This document shows positions 38,348-42,404 of a stretch of 42,404 nt of DNA, piece after piece. The stretch's first letter is position 1. Every line of letters starts with the position of its first letter. The position numbers and the translations under genes are program-made. The notes under the pieces were generated by a model. It had not been told where the DNA came from. It did not search any database and worked only from the letters and a program-made list of their open reading frames with translations. This DNA is from Candidatus Bipolaricaulota bacterium (lineage in GTDB: Bacteria; Bipolaricaulota; Bipolaricaulia; UBA7950; UBA9294), in assembly GCA_030612175.1 (NCBI GenBank), contig JAUWOJ010000002.1, positions 1 through 42,404 on the forward strand. The letters run 5' to 3'.

Positions 38348-40455
38348 CTGATGATCACCAATCGCCCGATCTCTGAGGAGTTGCCCCCAGCTGTGATCGT
38401 ATACAAGTAGAGTCCATTTGCCAATAGTCTGCCCAGGCTGTCAATAAGATCCCATTCATGCTGGCTGGATTCTGGGTCAACCTCCTGCTGGAAAAGCAAT
38501 GCTCCTATAATATTGTAGACTTGTAGTGTTGCCTGTGTTGTTCCTTCGGGGAGCGTGTACGTAAACAAAGCGCGGTTGCTGACAGGATTGCTTGACACGG
38601 TTACTGTAGGAGAATATGTTTCGCTTTCCTCGGGATCGTATATCGAAGTGACCGCTTGGTAAGCATTTGCCTTTCCATATCCCCAACTTGTGTTAGGGAT
38701 GAGCCCGGTAAATGCGTCACTTACAGAAGTCTCCGTGAGTTTCATTCTCATTTCTTCGTTGCTCAACTGCGGATTGTACGAAAGCATCAATGCTATTACC
38801 CCGCTCACATGGGCAGCAGAAAAACTGGTTCCTCTAAGCAAGGTATGCATTGGGTCGGGCAAGCCTTCCCTGAAACTGTTACTGGATAGAGCGGCAGCTA
38901 TCCATGCTCCTGGAGCCGTAAGTTCCGGTTTTTGTCGCCCATCCCGAGTCGGCCCCCGGCTGGAAAAAGAAGAGATCTCGCCAATTCCATTCTCGGTAGA
39001 GAAATCGGGCAATTCCTTGGTGTTGAATGACCCTACAGTGATTACGCCGTATGCGTTTCCTGGTTCGTCAATCGTATAGTGTGTATCTCCTTCAAGGATT
39101 GTGGCGCCCGTGTTTGTGATAATCCATCCGTCAAACCGACCGCCGCCGCCTTCATCGGTTATGGTGAAACTCCACTTGCTTCCCGGAGTTACCCCGATCA
39201 AAGACACCTGGATCTCATTATCTCCGTTATTTGGGTTTGTCCCATCAGAAGCGTTGTCCACATACAGATTGTCCGCTTGAGAGCTTGCGTAGCTGCCTCT
39301 GTCTACTGTCAACGAAGAGCCAACTGGTGGGGTGACGGTAAGGGAGAAGCTGGATTCACCCGGGTACCATAGCTGCAGCTTAAGCGACGGAGAAATGGGA
39401 TTGATGGTGAATGTGAAAGAGTTACCGTGGAGCTCCTGTCCTACGTGAATGTTCGCATCACCCTCATTCCCTGCGGATACAACAATTGCCTGCCCATATT
39501 GTTGTGCTAGCTCGGATAGGCCTTGCTCAAACAAACTCGTTCCATCGTGTGGCCCTTCGTGCCCACCTAGGCTCAGATTTACCACTGCTGGCAAACCAAG
39601 CATATCTGCTTGTTCAAGGATATATCTCACTCCGCTTATAATATCCGAGGTATAGAAAGAGGTCTTGACCATAATGATGGTCGCATCCGGGGCCACTCCA
39701 ATCAGGCCGGTATCAGACGACGATCCATCACCTGCCGCAATTCCCATCAGATGTGTCCCGTGACCGTTTGTGTCTGCTTGATGGACCTGCCCGCTCTCTG
39801 GACCGAGTCCAAGGGCAATATCACTTTCGATCTCGTCATTGCCATAATACGCGCCAAGAGAACCACTAGTCTGATCCCAGATAGAAGAGATGCGAGACGA
39901 TTCTTCGATGCCATCACCGTCTGAATCGTAACGGAAGTCAAGGTGAGAATAATCGATCCCTGTGTCTACTGAGCCGATAATAACCCCTTCTCCTGTTAGC
40001 GGTGGTATGGCTGAGTGCAATTGGTCGGCCCCTATTGCGGGAACGCTGTAATCGAGCTTTGGCTCTGCCTTCCATGAGGGCTCAATATAGACAACTTGCG
40101 GCGAATTAGCCAAGAGTAACAGCTCTGTTACGCTAACTCGCATACCGATAATAGTTCCCGTATTCACCAGTATGGGAATACCAAGGAAGGTTTGCCCGAA
40201 TAACCCCTGATGCGTTTGCACCAATACTCCAAATTGCCATTCAACTGTATCAATATGAGCGCTCGTCGTGCGTTTCAATGGGAATATCTGTAGATGGCTG
40301 ACAAATCCGCTAAGATTAGTGTTTGTGTCCTGTGCTAGTTGCTGGAGAATGTTGCGCAGCGACGGATCAAGTACTGCTTCACCTCCTGTTGCGTATGATG
40401 CAATAGCGATAGAAATGCTTGTGGCAACGAACAAAAATTTGAGAAACTTTCTCAT
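38344..40455 (-). CDS. secreted S8 subtilisin-like serine protease with a T9SS-type (FlgD-Ig-like) C-terminal sorting domain
   Basis: Signal peptide MRKFLKFLFVATSISIAIASYA. Catalytic triad contexts DTGIDYSH, HGTHLMGIAAG and GTSFSAAHVSG. C-terminal ~70 aa: ATLQVYNIIGALLFQQEV..HEWDLIDSLGRLLANGLYLYTITAGGNSSEIGRLVIIR. Confidence 0.9.
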   Translation of the reverse strand: MRKFLKFLFVATSISIAIASYATGGEAVLDPSLRNILQQLAQDTNTNLSGFVSHLQIFPLKRTTSAHIDTVEWQFGVLVQTHQGLFGQTFLGIPILVNTGTIIGMRVSVTELLLLANSPQVVYIEPSWKAEPKLDYSVPAIGADQLHSAIPPLTGEGVIIGSVDTGIDYSHLDFRYDSDGDGIEESSRISSIWDQTSGSLGAYYGNDEIESDIALGLGPESGQVHQADTNGHGTHLMGIAAGDGSSSDTGLIGVAPDATIIMVKTSFYTSDIISGVRYILEQADMLGLPAVVNLSLGGHEGPHDGTSLFEQGLSELAQQYGQAIVVSAGNEGDANIHVGQELHGNSFTFTINPISPSLKLQLWYPGESSFSLTVTPPVGSSLTVDRGSYASSQADNLYVDNASDGTNPNNGDNEIQVSLIGVTPGSKWSFTITDEGGGGRFDGWIITNTGATILEGDTHYTIDEPGNAYGVITVGSFNTKELPDFSTENGIGEISSFSSRGPTRDGRQKPELTAPGAWIAAALSSNSFREGLPDPMHTLLRGTSFSAAHVSGVIALMLSYNPQLSNEEMRMKLTETSVSDAFTGLIPNTSWGYGKANAYQAVTSIYDPEESETYSPTVTVSSNPVSNRALFTYTLPEGTTQATLQVYNIIGALLFQQEVDPESSQHEWDLIDSLGRLLANGLYLYTITAGGNSSEIGRLVIIR

Positions 40456-40566
40456 ATGCTTACCCTCAAGAGAAGAACAATTATAGCTCGGCGTGGATCA
40501 TCTCACAGCGACATGATCAGTTCGCAATGGCCGCCCCCAATATCCCACCTAACTCCTCTTTCAGCA

Positions 40567-41874
40567 CTATTCTTCAGAGCTTGTGGAGGGAATATGCCGC
40601 ACCTTCCGCTCTATAGGCAAGGGTTCGGGGAGGTCTTTTGTTTCCGCATTCAGTTCCTTGAAGCGTCTTGCGGCAGGGAGTAGTCGCTGCTGCAGTGATC
40701 CTACGGCGGCATCATAAGCATTGATTGTTTGTCCCAAGCACTTGCCCGTGTTCTGCAGGTGGTGGACGAAAGTGACTATGCGTTCGTATAATTCCTGCCC
40801 TTGCTTGGCAATCTGCTGAGCATTATCAGCGATCTCATGCTGTTGCCATCCATACGCCACTGCTCGAAGAAGGCCGAGCAGGCTTAGTGGTGTTGCAATT
40901 AGTATGTGTTTGCGAATAGCAGATTCCAGAAGTTCGCCATCCAGCTCAAAGGCGGCTGCAAGGCAGGGTTCACTTGGCACAAACATGATGAGAATCTCTG
41001 GCGCTTGCTCAAACTGGGCCCAATACTGCTTACGCCCAAGTTCCTGCACCCGCTGTCGGATCGCTTGAACGTGGGCTCTTAGCTTCATCTTACGTTCTTC
41101 CTCGGTCTTAGCCTTTACGGCGTCGAAATAGGCCTGCATTGGTGTCTTAGCGTCGATTGGCAGGATTCCTTCATTAGGAAGGTACACGATCATGTCTGGT
41201 CTACCCTTATCAGTTGTAACTTGCTCGGCGAAGTCCACATTTGCCGTCATACCAGCAAGCTCTACTACGCGTCGCAGCTGGAACTCCCCCCACCGCCCTC
41301 GCACAGTAGATGATCGAAGGGCTTGCGCAAGGGTAACGGTTGTGTCCCTGAGCTGCGTATGAGCCTGGGAAAGGGAAGCAAGATGTTGCTCTAGACTTCT
41401 ATACGCTCCCTCGCGCTTTTCCTCTAGTGTCCGTAGCTGCATGTCCATGGTTGCCAGCGTCTTTTCGAGCGGCTGAACAAGGTTTCTTACTTCTTCCTTT
41501 TGCACTCCCCAATCACCCTTTATCCCAGTAAGAAGAGTGTTGAGCTGCTCGTGGCTGCGTTTCAAGAATGCATCAGCGTTCGATCGTAGTACCTTACTGG
41601 CCAAGGCCTCGAATGCTTCTCGCAGCCGTTCTTGCGCCTCTTCTACCCATCGCGCCTTTTCTGAATCAACTTCGTGTTCCTTCTGTAATTGAGCCTGTTG
41701 GATCTTGAGTGTTATGTTTTCCTCACGCAGCCGTTCATCTTCCGCAACTCTATCTTCGGCAACAGCAAGGCGCTCGCTTAGTCGGGTCCTCTTACTGGCG
41801 TTATACATGTATGAAGCAAGGAAACCAATCCCTATTCCTACAAACAGCGCTAAGAAGTGTAGAGCTAGGTCCAT
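40567..41874 (-). CDS. rmuC: DNA recombination protein RmuC
   Basis: 435 aa. An N-terminal TM anchor, a long coiled-coil, and the RmuC C-terminal nuclease-like core (DMIVYLPNEGILPIDAK...MFVPSEP...ATPLSLLGLLRAV). Confidence 0.9.
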   Translation of the reverse strand: MDLALHFLALFVGIGIGFLASYMYNASKRTRLSERLAVAEDRVAEDERLREENITLKIQQAQLQKEHEVDSEKARWVEEAQERLREAFEALASKVLRSNADAFLKRSHEQLNTLLTGIKGDWGVQKEEVRNLVQPLEKTLATMDMQLRTLEEKREGAYRSLEQHLASLSQAHTQLRDTTVTLAQALRSSTVRGRWGEFQLRRVVELAGMTANVDFAEQVTTDKGRPDMIVYLPNEGILPIDAKTPMQAYFDAVKAKTEEERKMKLRAHVQAIRQRVQELGRKQYWAQFEQAPEILIMFVPSEPCLAAAFELDGELLESAIRKHILIATPLSLLGLLRAVAYGWQQHEIADNAQQIAKQGQELYERIVTFVHHLQNTGKCLGQTINAYDAAVGSLQQRLLPAARRFKELNAETKDLPEPLPIERKVRHIPSTSSEE

Positions 41875-42006
41875 TAGAATCTACCTCGCAGTACTCTGAT
41901 CTGCCCTTGTCGACCAGGCATGTTCTCCATAATTAAGCTGTTCACTGGGGCACTATGGCCTGACATCTCTGATAAGCAAGATTCCAAGCTTATACTATTA
42001 CAATAG

Positions 42007-42404
<398 letters not shown>

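Overview
This is a 42.4-kb chromosomal window from a diderm, probably anaerobic bacterium. GC looks mid-range by eye but was not computed. AAGGAGG-type Shine-Dalgarno sites are strong, and several promoters match TTGACA-N17-TATAAT perfectly or nearly so. I call 37 protein genes, two of them cut by the window edges (ileS 3' end, ligA 5' end), plus one tRNA-Val(CAC). I saw no rRNA, CRISPR array, transposase, integrase or prophage signature.

Most of the window is housekeeping:
- purA, rplM, aspS, gyrB, murE, metG, rmuC and ligA.
- A roughly 9-kb tightly packed minus-strand run: rplU, Prp-like gene, rpmA, obg, nadD, infC, rpmI, rplT, glyQ, glyS, folB, folK, rng, then tRNA-Val.

Accessory content:
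- Two paralogous secreted PKD-domain proteins built from an unassigned repeated module (3061-6119).
- A five-gene DUF4129/MoxR/DUF58 membrane operon (6126-10333).
- A YhaM-like OB-HD nuclease.
- An M42 peptidase and amidohydrolase pair behind a 24-bp perfect palindrome.
- A long-form tungsten-type aldehyde:ferredoxin oxidoreductase.

The best candidate for an undescribed system is a translationally coupled three-gene cassette at 33566-40455 (minus strand). It encodes a subtilase with a T9SS-type C-terminal sorting domain, a small PorV/PorQ-like beta-barrel, and a 1306-aa outer-membrane protein. That protein has an SprA-like N-terminus, six embedded Reg_prop-like propeller blades and a C-terminal barrel ending in Phe.

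Other points worth checking:
- rng can only keep its conserved N-terminus if it starts at ATT.
- infC probably starts at ATA.
- The Prp homolog has lost its His/Cys dyad, and the adjacent L27 has no cleavable extension.
- Three blocks of 9-bp and 14-bp tandem repeats lie upstream of gyrB.

All functional calls come from reading motifs in the translations. No database search was possible.
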